A stretch of 64,000 bases of DNA from contig CAVUSO010000001.1 in NCBI GenBank assembly GCA_963744145.1, forward strand, positions 2,432,001 to 2,496,000. The letters run 5' to 3'. Position numbers and translations under genes: made by a program. This DNA is from an uncultured cyanobacterium (GTDB lineage: Bacteria; Cyanobacteriota; Cyanobacteriia; Cyanobacteriales; CAWUOF01). The first letter of the stretch is position 1. Each line of letters begins with the position of its first letter. Shown in pieces: positions 9,392 through 19,372 of this stretch. The notes under the pieces were generated by a model. The model had not been told where the DNA came from. It saw only the letters and a program-made list of their open reading frames with translations, and did no database searches.

Positions 9392-9937
9392 ACTGCGGTG
9401 AGTAAAACTCTCTCCCGACTAGCAGAAGAAGGAGTTTTGGAGTGAGTCAGCAAGGGACTTTACTACCATTCGCGTCAGACTAAACATGGAACAACCTAGA
9501 AGCTACTGATGCAGCAATACTTGATTTCTTAAGGTCTAGAGGGAATTTGAGTGAGTTGTCTCCAAAAGAGACTAAGCAACGGTTACTGGACTATTTTCGA
9601 TCAAGCGATCGCTTTGAACAGTTAGTAGCAATTGCCGATGAGGAACCGCCGCGAGTACGAGCTATACTGGGAGCGATCGGACAGGAATTAGGTCAAAGTC
9701 TGAAAAAATTAGAAAAACTCAGAAATAGCTTAAATTCCTTATCTCGGTTTGATTTCGGTAAGTTAAGCAACCTGCGCTATGCCAAAGAGTGGCAAGGCGA
9801 ATGAAACTGTTTCAGCACAAATACAACCAAGTCTGATCACAGAATATAATCAGCAGTGTGGCAGACTATACTACGGAAATTATCCTACATGGAATGAGGT
9901 ACAAACCTGCTTTGAAGAAATTCGTAATTGGTTGTGA
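9392..9937 (+). pseudogene. Decayed AbiEi/AbiEii-like (type IV TA) pair
   Basis: wHTH-like TAVSKTLSRLAEEGVLE*VSKGLYY with an internal stop; antitoxin C-terminus EPPRVRAILGAIGQ...YAKEWQ; overlapping MKLFQH start joined almost directly to C-terminal PTWNEVQTCFEEIRNWL*. Confidence 0.6.
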
Positions 9938-10173
9938 AACCAGTATTTTAGTCCACCTCACAGCATTGACTTGAGATCCGAGTTACCTATCCTTTGTACA
10001 CCTTACGAATTGTAATAGTCAAAATAATCGGTGATGATGTCAAAGTTATCTGCTGGTGATTAACTATTTTCGATCAAGCGATCGCATTTGTGTGGTAGAC
10101 AGCGGATTCGGTGGTTGATGAAGTACAGTAAGATTTGGCATGAATGGCGATCGATCGGTTAAAGTCGCTTATG

Positions 10174-10450
10174 AGTGATCTGTGTTGGTTGGGCAGGTTT
10201 ATGATAGTTATCTGTTTGGAGCAGAATTGATTGGTGAACCTGCCCCTACAAATCCTGGTTGATTATGATCATAAATTCATTCATCTGCCCCTACAAATCC
10301 TGTTAATCTTGTAATCCTCTAATCCTGATCGATTTTTTGGTGAATCCCTGTAGGGGCGGGTTCACCGATGAACTTGCCACACACAAATAACCCTTGTGCC
10401 GAGCGCAGTCGAGGTATTAATGAACCCGCCCTGCCCCACAGATCACCTTA
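10174..10450. repeat. Inverted pair of GTAGGGGCGGGTTCACC REP-like elements (same family as 44497-44605)
   Basis: 10349-10448 matches 44528-44602; 10174-10285 is its reverse complement. Confidence 0.8.
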
Positions 10451-10555
10451 ATGAACTTCATAAACCTAGAATAACCTGTAACGATTGTACAACTACCACC
10501 ACCTTAACTGAAGTATTTTAAAAATCAGTAGAAGTAAAAATACATATTATTTAGT

Positions 10556-13096
10556 TTAGAGCATAATTTTCCCTAAACCAACTGCTAAAATTATAGTCGC
10601 TAAGTGTTGAAACCAAAGCGATTGCGCTACGCGCACGCTGTGCGAACGCATCGATTGACGAGCAATTTTTTGGGTTAATAACATTGTTAATAACACCGAA
10701 ACAATTAAGATCGTTCCCTGTAAAAACTCAACTACTGCTGGATCAGCTACCCAGACAGGTAACCCAGCACCATCTAATCCAAAAGTAGCTAAACTAACTG
10801 GTAAAATTTTTCCAGCTTCGGTTAAACCCAATTGTAAATAGTGGGCTAAATTTCCTCCTAATACTAATGGTAAATATCCATAAGCTAGCTCGGTAAAAGA
10901 ACGGGGTTTTAAAGGACCTTTAAATAACCAGATCAACCCATAAGCTAACAAGGGAATTAATGCTGGAATCGTTAAAACCAATATAGAAATTCCCAAATGG
11001 AGCCAAAATAAACTTAAATCCCCAGCTAATCCGAACCAGGATTGTAATTCTGGTAAATGATGTAAAAATACCCCATTTAATAACAATAGTAATAGTGCTA
11101 CTTCATAATCATGGGGTACATGAGTTGTCCAAAGTTCAATTCCCGGTGGACGCAAATTTAGTTCTACCGAACGATGGGGACAAGCTTTTAAACAAGTCAT
11201 ACACAATACACAATCTTTATTATCTTCTAACTGAGCAGGATGGGAATATAATGGACATCCCATTGTCTCTAAACCTTCTCCTTTTTGCGGACCTCCTTTA
11301 TAACATTGATAGGTAGTACATTCAGCTGAACAAGTTCCCTGTTGTGCCCTTAATTCAATCAAAGAAAGTTTAGCAAATAATCCATTCATGCCCCCAATTG
11401 GACATAAATATCGACACCAAAAGCGTCGCTCAAAAATAGCTGAAAAAATCATTGCTCCAGCAGTAATTAGTAATAGTAAACAAGCCGAAAGGTAAGCTGT
11501 ATTTGGTAAATCCCACAGCTCTTCCCATAAAAAAATTAAAGCAAATAAACCAAATAAAAACCAGCCACCATACTTTTCGGCTGTCTGCCGGGGCCAGTGT
11601 TTTAATTCACGGGGATATAACCATAAAGACAACTTCTGAGTAACTTCCCCATAAATCATAAAAGGACAAATTGAACACCACAATCGACCTACAAATGGAA
11701 AGCCAATTAATATTAATGGCCACCACCAAGCCCAGAAGATATTTAAGGCAAAATTATTAGTTCGATGTTGGGGACCAATAAATAAAATCGCCACAATAAT
11801 GGCAAAGAAAGTGAAAGTAAAACCATAATTAATGCGATCGGGCCACCAAGGACTACGCAGAAACCACCTTAATTGGGGATAGAGATTTAACAGATTCACC
11901 CGAAATAATTTTTTCTTAGTTTGGACTGACCAAAAAATTTCTTCAGTCAGGAGTTTGGCACCATTAGACTGAATTAGCGCTCGTTCAACTAAATTTTCTA
12001 ATTCTCGCAGATTATTGGGAAAATCATAGCTTTGTAAACGTCTTAAAGCTTCGGTAGTCATCCGAGGTTTATTGATATTTTTAGCTTGACACTGAAGACT
12101 GATATAATAATTTACTTGTGTTTCAATATCGGCTTTACGAACCCGTAAGGGTGGAATTTTAATTAAATGACCAGCCAGAGAGTCTATTTCTGGCATAATT
12201 TTTTCCGAAATCATAATTATTCTTGCCAGACAAGTAACTATTTCGGGTGATTCTGGAAGACGACTAATCGGAGTATAAGTACCAGTTTTGAGTAAATTAG
12301 CCAAGGGAGGTATTAATTCGGGCGACAGTTCTTGGATATTATTTAAAATAATCGTTCCTTGTCCTAAGCATTCTAATAATCCTGGTTTACCTCCGACTCG
12401 ACCAAATAATTCAGGACCGTGAGGTTGAAGTAGACCACAATCTACTTTAATAATTGGTTCTCGACGATTTGGAGAGCTAAAATGAATCAAAGCTGCTGTA
12501 TTATCTTTTTCTAGTCCTGGTTCACCAAAGATTAAAACTGGGTGATTATTCTCGGTGGCTTTTTTAATTTGTTGTCTTAATCTGATCGCATAGCGACTTT
12601 TACCAACAATTCCACGTTTCGCTTTGGTAATTAAATAGGGTCGGAGAGTAATTAGACGTTCTTGTTCGTAGGTAAGTTGGGATGAGATTTGGACGAGTTC
12701 CTCGGCTAATCTTTGGGAAAATATTTGGGTAATTTCTGGATATTCGCTCACTAATTGATGAAATTGCTCGGTACTAATAAACCAAAGATGACATTCCGTT
12801 TTACTAATAATGGTTCTCTGGGCTAGTTGCCCAAATAATAATTCTTGGAGATGAATGGTAGCACCAGTGAGTAAACTAATTGCCCAAATTGAGCCGATTT
12901 GATGGAGCCGATCGCCTTCAATTTGACCGGACTCCAATATGTATAATCCTGCTGGTGGGGTGTCTTCTAGGACCAAACGATGGTGAGCTGGGATCACTTG
13001 TTTCACTAACAGTGGGGCGATCGCAGTTAAGATATATTCAGGCAAAATGCCGATTTCAGTTCGCTCTTGGAGCCAAATCAGTAAAGTTGATGTCAT
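10556..13096 (-). CDS. cNMP-binding / sigma54-activator-like AAA+ / membrane 4Fe-4S (NosR/RdxA-like) fusion protein
   Basis: LYILESGQI (cNMP); VLIFGEPGLEKD, PLRVRKADI, YDFPNNLRELENLVERA (AAA+); WCSICP, WCRYLCP, CVLCMTCLKACP with multiple TM helices. Confidence 0.85.
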   Translation of the reverse strand: MTSTLLIWLQERTEIGILPEYILTAIAPLLVKQVIPAHHRLVLEDTPPAGLYILESGQIEGDRLHQIGSIWAISLLTGATIHLQELLFGQLAQRTIISKTECHLWFISTEQFHQLVSEYPEITQIFSQRLAEELVQISSQLTYEQERLITLRPYLITKAKRGIVGKSRYAIRLRQQIKKATENNHPVLIFGEPGLEKDNTAALIHFSSPNRREPIIKVDCGLLQPHGPELFGRVGGKPGLLECLGQGTIILNNIQELSPELIPPLANLLKTGTYTPISRLPESPEIVTCLARIIMISEKIMPEIDSLAGHLIKIPPLRVRKADIETQVNYYISLQCQAKNINKPRMTTEALRRLQSYDFPNNLRELENLVERALIQSNGAKLLTEEIFWSVQTKKKLFRVNLLNLYPQLRWFLRSPWWPDRINYGFTFTFFAIIVAILFIGPQHRTNNFALNIFWAWWWPLILIGFPFVGRLWCSICPFMIYGEVTQKLSLWLYPRELKHWPRQTAEKYGGWFLFGLFALIFLWEELWDLPNTAYLSACLLLLITAGAMIFSAIFERRFWCRYLCPIGGMNGLFAKLSLIELRAQQGTCSAECTTYQCYKGGPQKGEGLETMGCPLYSHPAQLEDNKDCVLCMTCLKACPHRSVELNLRPPGIELWTTHVPHDYEVALLLLLLNGVFLHHLPELQSWFGLAGDLSLFWLHLGISILVLTIPALIPLLAYGLIWLFKGPLKPRSFTELAYGYLPLVLGGNLAHYLQLGLTEAGKILPVSLATFGLDGAGLPVWVADPAVVEFLQGTILIVSVLLTMLLTQKIARQSMRSHSVRVAQSLWFQHLATIILAVGLGKIML

Positions 13097-13218
13097 GGGG
13101 ATCTAATCTAAACATCATTACTATTATTCAATGGATTGCCTCCCAAAAATTTGATTGTTACAATTACTAATAATATCCATTAATTATCCTGATTAATCAA
13201 CCCAAAGGTCAGCCAAAA

Positions 13219-13320
13219 ATGAATTTAACCAGTACAGAAATTACCAATCTCTGGGTTCCTTTACTTCTCCTCAGTTTCATCATCATCGCAGCTATTTTTT
13301 TCAGTTATAGCAGTAAATAA
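13219..13320 (+). CDS. Putative 33-aa single-TM microprotein (MNLTSTEITNLWVPLLLLSFIIIAAIFFSYSSK)
   Basis: ATG...TAA ORF with one hydrophobic helix, directly upstream of the metal ABC operon; below the ORF-track cut-off. Confidence 0.45.
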   Translation: MNLTSTEITNLWVPLLLLSFIIIAAIFFSYSSK

Positions 13321-13401
13321 ATCAAGTTTATGCCCCCAGAGGGGATTGCAATTTGAAAAAAAAGAGAGTCTACTGATAACTTGTTCTCTCCAGTTGACTA
13401 T

Positions 13402-14460
13402 ATGAAAAGACTTTTTGTCCTGGTTTTCGGTATTAGTTTATTCGCGATCGCTTGTAGTAAATCCCAAAATCAAGCCAATCCTCCTAGTCCTTCAACCTCC
13501 AATCCTCCACCCTCAGTCGCTAGTCAAACTCAAAAGAAACCTTTAGTAGTAACAACTGTAGCTCCTCTGACTAATATTGTTAGTAATATTGCGGGCGATC
13601 GGCTCGAAGTCAAGGGTATCATCCCGGAAGGAACCGATTCCCATACCTTTGAACCCCGTCCCTCCGATGCAGATTTATTAGCTAAAGCTAACCTGATTAT
13701 TGCTAATGGTTTATCCTTAGAAACTCCCACCGAAAAACTTGCTAATTCTGCTAAACCAAAGGAAACAAAAATCTATGAATTAGGTGAGAACACTATTACT
13801 AAAGATCAATGGATGTTTGATTTTAGCTTTCCCAAGGAAAAAGGGGAACCTAACCCCCATTTGTGGGTCAATCCCAAATATGCAGAAAATTATGCTAAAC
13901 TAGCTGCTAAGTGGTTAACCGAACTCGATCCAGCTGGTAAAGATTATTATGCCAATAACTTGAAAAATTACCTCCAAAGACTCGAAGAGTTAGATCAAGT
14001 AACTAGAGCTGTAGTAGAAAGTATACCCCCAGAAAATCGGAAACTACTCACTTATCACGATTCTTGGGCTTATTGGTCGAGGGAATACAATTTTCAAGTA
14101 ATTGGAGCAATTCAACCCTCAGATTTTAAAGAGCCTTCTGCTCAAGAAGTAGCTAAATTAATTGACCAAATTCATGCTGAAAAAGTTCCAGCTATTTTTG
14201 GCTCTGAAGTTTATCCGAGTAAAGTGGAAGAACAAATTGCTCGTGAAGCAAAAGTCAAAACTGCTAATACTGCTGATGATGAATTACCAGGAGAGGGTTC
14301 AGCTAATGCAATGGAAGATAAAAACCCTCAACATACCTATATTGGGATGATGGCAAATAATATGAAACTTTTTGCCGAAAATTTAGGAGGAAACCCTGAT
14401 TTAGTCAAAAAAATTAACCCTGCTAATGTAGTCGGTCCGACTGCTACTTCTCCTAAATAA
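13402..14460 (+). CDS. Zn/Mn ABC transporter substrate-binding lipoprotein (cluster A-I)
   Basis: Lipobox AIAC, DSHTFEP, NPHLW, TYHDSWAY. Confidence 0.92.
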   Translation: MKRLFVLVFGISLFAIACSKSQNQANPPSPSTSNPPPSVASQTQKKPLVVTTVAPLTNIVSNIAGDRLEVKGIIPEGTDSHTFEPRPSDADLLAKANLIIANGLSLETPTEKLANSAKPKETKIYELGENTITKDQWMFDFSFPKEKGEPNPHLWVNPKYAENYAKLAAKWLTELDPAGKDYYANNLKNYLQRLEELDQVTRAVVESIPPENRKLLTYHDSWAYWSREYNFQVIGAIQPSDFKEPSAQEVAKLIDQIHAEKVPAIFGSEVYPSKVEEQIAREAKVKTANTADDELPGEGSANAMEDKNPQHTYIGMMANNMKLFAENLGGNPDLVKKINPANVVGPTATSPK

Positions 14461-14483
14461 CCTAACTCGCACCAAATTAAACC

Positions 14484-15305
14484 ATGAACTATGAACCGCT
14501 ATTAGAAGTAAGAAACCTCGTTTGTGGCTATGAAAATCAGTTGATCTTTTCAGATGTAAATTTGAAATTATATCCAGGTCAACTCTCCGGTTTAGTCGGT
14601 CCTTCCGGGAGCGGGAAAACCACTTTACTCAAAGCAATTTTGGGTTTAGTACCGATTTGGTCTGGGGAAATTTGGTGCCGAGGAAAACTGTTAAAATCAG
14701 GTACAGCTCCTCCTCAAGTGGGATATGTACCTCAAGTAGAAACTATTGATTGGAGTTTTCCGGTTACTGTCGAAGAAGTAGTGATGATGGGGCGCTATCG
14801 ACAACAAAAAATTTGGCCCTGACATTCTAAAAGCGATCGGGAAACTGCTCGGGAATTATTAAGTCGAGTTGGGATTGAACATCTTGCTAGTCAATCAATT
14901 GGTAAACTATCCGGTGGTCAGCAACAACGAGTATTTTTAGCTAGAGCTTTAGTCGGAAATCCTGATCTAGTTCTGTTAGATGAACCCACCAGTAGTTCTG
15001 ATTTAAAAGTTCAACATGAACTCTTACATTTATTAGCAGACCTCAATCAACAAGGTTTAACCATTTTACTTTCTACCCATGATCTTAATTCTGTTGCTAC
15101 TCATTTACCTTGGGTCATTTGTTTTAATCATGGCTTAATCTGTCAAGGTCAACCGATCGATATTTTTACAACTAGTAATCTCCAGAAAACCTTTGGAGCA
15201 GCAATGATAGTATTACATCATGAAGAGCGCATTATTATTGCTAGTGATATGACTTCTGTTCGTCATCAAATGCAATCTCATCTACCAGCAATCTTACGAT
15301 CATAA
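14484..15305 (+). pseudogene. Zn/Mn ABC ATP-binding subunit with an in-frame TGA at 14820-14822
   Basis: Walker A GPSGSGKTT before the stop; the same frame continues with LSGGQQQR, LLDEPT and STHDL to TAA at 15305. Confidence 0.9.
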
Positions 15306-15310
15306 TTATC

Positions 15311-16171
15311 ATGGAACTTCTCTTAAAACCTTTTCAGTATGATTTTTTTACTCGGGCGATGTTAGTCGCCATGATGGCAGGTTTATTATGTGGTGTTATG
15401 GGAGTCTATATTACTACTAAACGCATGAGTTATATTGCTCATGGACTTTCCCACGCGATTTTAGGTGGAGCAGTTTTTAGCTATGTTTTAGGATTAAATT
15501 TCTATATTGGTTCAGGAATTTGGGGATTCCTAGCAGCTTTATTAATTCAATATTTGAGTAGTCGTAAAATTTACTCAGATGCGGCGATCGGGATTGTGAC
15601 TACAGCTAGTTTTGCTTTCGGAGTCGCAATTATTAGTAGTTATCGCAAGTTTACCCAAAATTTTGAAGCAGCTTTATTTGGTAATGTGCTGGGAGTAGCA
15701 CCAACAGATTTATGGATTGTTGGGATAGTTACAGTAGTCCTGTTAACGATAGTTTTTTTATTTTATCGACCGTTATTATTTTGGTCTTTCGATCGCGAAG
15801 TTGCCAAAGTTTATGGAGTACCAGTTGTCGCGATCGATATTCTGTTTGCGCTGATGTTAGCAACTTTATTAGTCACCACTTTACAGGTATTGGGAGTAAC
15901 ATTAATTATTTCTGCTGTCGTTATTCCCGCTTCCATAGCGCGACTTTTGAGCGATCGCTTTGGTTATATGATGATTATTTCTGGCATTTTAGGAGCTGTA
16001 ACTGCATTCATTGGTATTTATTTTAGCTACTACCTAGATATTGCTTCTGGTGCTAGTGTAGTTTTACTATCCACATTAATATTTAGTTTAGTTCTCCTCT
16101 GGAGTAATTATTATCGTTCTCGTCAACGTCCAATCTTTCCTTTTGATGCGACTAAAAATTTATATGAATAA
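15311..16171 (+). CDS. Zn/Mn ABC transporter permease
   Basis: HGLSHAILGG, DAAIGI, ALFGNVL; multi-TM. Confidence 0.92.
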   Translation: MELLLKPFQYDFFTRAMLVAMMAGLLCGVMGVYITTKRMSYIAHGLSHAILGGAVFSYVLGLNFYIGSGIWGFLAALLIQYLSSRKIYSDAAIGIVTTASFAFGVAIISSYRKFTQNFEAALFGNVLGVAPTDLWIVGIVTVVLLTIVFLFYRPLLFWSFDREVAKVYGVPVVAIDILFALMLATLLVTTLQVLGVTLIISAVVIPASIARLLSDRFGYMMIISGILGAVTAFIGIYFSYYLDIASGASVVLLSTLIFSLVLLWSNYYRSRQRPIFPFDATKNLYE

Positions 16172-16245
16172 TGAATCAAAAAGTAACTGCTGGAGTTAAG
16201 TTTTCAGATTTCAATGGTTTAAGTTTTAATTCAGGTGTAGAAGTA

Positions 16246-17091
16246 TCAAACATCGACATAGTTGAATAGACAGGATTTTAATTCACTGATCGTCTTAGGG
16301 GGTGATATTTGTGAGCAACGCAGATGAGCAGGAATGGATTCCCAGATCTCTAACAGCATAGGAATATCCAGTTGCAATTGTTCTATTATTGTCCGATGAG
16401 CGAAAATTTCATCGGTTTGACCTGATAATACTAACTGTCCCTCATGCAATACAAATACCAAATCTGCCCAGGAATAAGCTAGATCCAGGTTATGAGTTGC
16501 CATTACGATTGTAGTGCCTTGGGTATGAATTCGATCTAATTCTTGCAGTAAATTACGAGTTTGTCTTCCATCAAGATAAGCAGTGGGTTCATCCAGCAAA
16601 AGTAATTCCGGTTGAAGCGTCATTACTCCTGCTAGAGCAACTCGCCGTTTTTGTCCTAAACTAAGATGGTGCAGAGGTTTATCTGCGATGTCTTGCAGGG
16701 CAAAATCTACTAGGGTTTGGTGCAGTCGTTTTTCAATCACTGTTGTAGGTAATTGTAAATTACACAATCCGTAGGAAATATCTTCAGCAACAGTTCCAGC
16801 AACTAATTGTTTTTCAGGATCTTGAAATCCTAGCCCAATCCGTTGTCGCCATTGATTGAGGGAACGGGAATTATAAACAAGGGGTTTTGTTTTCCAGGAA
16901 ATAGTACCGCGATCGGGTTTATATAGTCCGTCAGCAAGACACAGCAATGTTGATTTACCACAACCATTATGTCCGATCAGTACGCTTTTTTTACCAGAGG
17001 GAATGGTTAAAGATAGATGATTCAGGGCAGGTTGTTTAGTGCTAGGATAGGTATAAGAAATTTCGTCAAATTGCAGGAGAGGAATAGACAT
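16246..17091 (-). CDS. cbiO: Cobalt ECF transporter ATPase
   Basis: GHNGCGKST, FQDPEKQL, LSLGQKRR, LLDEPT; last gene of cbiMNQO. Confidence 0.9.
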   Translation of the reverse strand: MSIPLLQFDEISYTYPSTKQPALNHLSLTIPSGKKSVLIGHNGCGKSTLLCLADGLYKPDRGTISWKTKPLVYNSRSLNQWRQRIGLGFQDPEKQLVAGTVAEDISYGLCNLQLPTTVIEKRLHQTLVDFALQDIADKPLHHLSLGQKRRVALAGVMTLQPELLLLDEPTAYLDGRQTRNLLQELDRIHTQGTTIVMATHNLDLAYSWADLVFVLHEGQLVLSGQTDEIFAHRTIIEQLQLDIPMLLEIWESIPAHLRCSQISPPKTISELKSCLFNYVDV

Positions 17092-17104
17092 AAATTAATA
17101 AAAT

Positions 17105-17893
17105 CTAAAATCTAAGGTCTAAAATGATTAAGCCTGTACAACCTAACAAGGATTCCATCGCATAACGTCTAGAGTAGTGATAGGAGTTATTTGATTGCAC
17201 TCGAAACTCTCCATTGAATCCCCGTGCTGCTAGTGCTAGGGAAAGTTGTTGGTAGTGTTGCAGCGATCGCACTAATAGTTGACTTCCCAGTAATCCAACA
17301 CTATACATCCAACGTTGCCTTGTCCGATATCCTCCTCTTGCTGTTTGTGCTAGTTGCAGTTCAGTTACCACATCTAGAAATAAGAACACAAACCGATACA
17401 TTAACATTAATAGTTCAGTTAAAATGCTAGGAATTCGCCACTGTCTCAGCACTTGTAATAGATCGGTGAAAGGGATGGTGAATAGGACAAATAATAAACA
17501 GGATGTGCAAGCAAGCGATCGCATTCCAATCTGGAGTGCTTGAGTTAATCCATTTCTGCTTAAAAATATATACCATTTACCCAATTCTATGCCGCTAATT
17601 TGATCTATTTGGACGGAGGTGATCTGTTCTACGGAGACAATTTCTAAGATTAATGCTGGCATACTGGTTAAGAGAAATATTCCGGCGATCGTTAATACTC
17701 GTAGATAAATCTTTCCGGGAATTCTTGCATAGCCAATAGTCCATACTCCTAGCCATAGACTAATTAATAGTTGGGTGGTTGGATGGGTGATCATGGCGAT
17801 GAGTAATGTGGCGATCGCAAATAAGAGTTTTTGTTGTGGTGAAACTAACCGCAAGCGATTTGTATAGGTATAGAGGTCAAGATGATGGTGCAT
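17105..17893 (-). CDS. cbiQ: Cobalt ECF transporter T component
   Basis: LMYRFVF, AQTARGG, ARGF motifs. Confidence 0.9.
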   Translation of the reverse strand: MHHHLDLYTYTNRLRLVSPQQKLLFAIATLLIAMITHPTTQLLISLWLGVWTIGYARIPGKIYLRVLTIAGIFLLTSMPALILEIVSVEQITSVQIDQISGIELGKWYIFLSRNGLTQALQIGMRSLACTSCLLFVLFTIPFTDLLQVLRQWRIPSILTELLMLMYRFVFLFLDVVTELQLAQTARGGYRTRQRWMYSVGLLGSQLLVRSLQHYQQLSLALAARGFNGEFRVQSNNSYHYSRRYAMESLLGCTGLIILDLRF

Positions 17894-17929
17894 TATTGGT
17901 TTACAGAAGGAGGAGGATGTTTATTTTTT

Positions 17930-18235
17930 TTATTGCTTTTTTGTTGATTCTGATTGTTCGCTTCTGCCGCGATATAGTCCTATTACATAACCGATGATGC
18001 CAGATCCTATTGCTGCTTGGGATGCAAATAAAAAACTCTCTACTTCTCCACTAGGTGGTTCAAACAGAGGTTTAAACCAGGGTTTATATCCGGGTTGGAC
18101 TTCGCTGATCGCTTTTTCAGCACGGTCATCTGAGCCACCAAATTCTCCTCGGACAAAGATCAGGGGAATTAAAGCTAGAATTAAGACTGCGATCGCTAAT
18201 AGCCAATTATGATTTTTAGTCGGTTGTTTATTCAT
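17930..18235 (-). CDS. cbiN: Cobalt ECF transporter component CbiN
   Basis: [34 protein letters not shown]. Confidence 0.92.
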   Translation of the reverse strand: MNKQPTKNHNWLLAIAVLILALIPLIFVRGEFGGSDDRAEKAISEVQPGYKPWFKPLFEPPSGEVESFLFASQAAIGSGIIGYVIGLYRGRSEQSESTKKQ

Positions 18236-18980
18236 GTTTGAGTAGTTTCAGGGTTTCTAAATCTTGACGACCGTAGGATTGCAGCCAATTCCATACTAAT
18301 ACTGTTAGTAATCCTTCACTGATTGCTAAGGGGAATTGTGTTACTGCAAAGATACCCGCAAATTTAAGAAATGCGGCGATAAAACCACCCTGAACCGCAG
18401 GAAATGCTAAAGCTAATTGAATTGAGGTGGTGATATAGGTAAGCAAATCTTCTAAGGTTGAGGCGAGGAAGATTGCTATTTTTTGATGCCCGGTTTGTAA
18501 GACTAGGTGATAAACTCCATAGGCTACAAAAGGACCGACGATCGCCATTGAAAACGCATTAGCACCGAGGGTGGTTAAACCACCGTGGGCTAGTAATAAT
18601 GCCTGGAATAGTAAGACTAAACCCCCTAAGACTGACATTACTGAAGGACCAAATAGAATTGCGCCTAGTCCTGTTCCTGTGGGGTGTGAGCAACTACCTG
18701 TTACGGATGGGATCTTTAAAGCGGATAGGACAAAGGTGAAGGCTCCAGCTAGGGCGAGTAGGGGTTTGAGCTCTGGATTTGTTTTCGTGATGTGAGTTAG
18801 CGATCGCCATCCCAGTAGAAAAAATGGCAATGCTACAATCCACCAAAACACTGCCCATTGCCAAGGTAGAAAGCCTTCCATGATGTGCATTGCCTGGGCA
18901 GGTTCTGCTGAACCGATTACTAAATAAAATGTAAGTCCTACCATCCCAGTAAGACTACCAATATATCGATACCGTCTCAT
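18228..18980 (-). CDS. cbiM: Cobalt ECF transporter S component
   Basis: Signal peptide then [28 protein letters not shown]. Confidence 0.95.
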   Translation of the reverse strand: MRRYRYIGSLTGMVGLTFYLVIGSAEPAQAMHIMEGFLPWQWAVFWWIVALPFFLLGWRSLTHITKTNPELKPLLALAGAFTFVLSALKIPSVTGSCSHPTGTGLGAILFGPSVMSVLGGLVLLFQALLLAHGGLTTLGANAFSMAIVGPFVAYGVYHLVLQTGHQKIAIFLASTLEDLLTYITTSIQLALAFPAVQGGFIAAFLKFAGIFAVTQFPLAISEGLLTVLVWNWLQSYGRQDLETLKLLKHE

Positions 18981-19011
18981 CTGTACCTCGCAGATTCTTG
19001 AACGTCTGGTA

Positions 19012-19140
19012 GCGATCGGCGGGCATCCTGGCTAGGTGTGATGATCAGTCACGTCTTTACAGTTGCGGGACAGCGGCAGATTTACACTGCTCTTTCCCCC
19101 TTACCTCTAGTAGTTGTTCTCCACTAGAACCGATCAAGCA
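19012..19140 (-). promoter_or_regulatory. Cobalamin riboswitch upstream of cbiM
   Basis: Minus strand reads GGTTC...GGGGAAAG.GCAGTGTAAATCTGCCGCTGTCCCGCAACTGTAA...AGCCAGGATGCCCGCC (B12-box elements). Confidence 0.9.
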
Positions 19141-19372
19141 TATTTTGAGCATATCACACCGATTCCATTATTAACAGCACTAGAGTTAAGATCGCCAGTT
19201 TTAATGGAATTGAGCGATTGAATGGTAATTGTTCCCCCATTACTTGAACTGCGGTGATCGGGATTGTGACTAAAATGAATAATGAATCAATAATGAAATC
19301 TAAAAAAACTAAAATTTAGCAGTGATTACCTATTGCATTGATGAAAGATTTAGATTAAGATAAATCAGACAT

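Noticed and set aside
13374..13390. Possible Zur box TGATAACTTGTTCTC before the metal ABC operon
   Set aside because: Spacing and right half deviate from TGATAATnATTATCA; too weak to call.
14820..14822. Selenocysteine recoding of the TGA
   Set aside because: The position fits Trp in an ABC ATPase, not a catalytic Cys, and no SECIS-like hairpin is evident.
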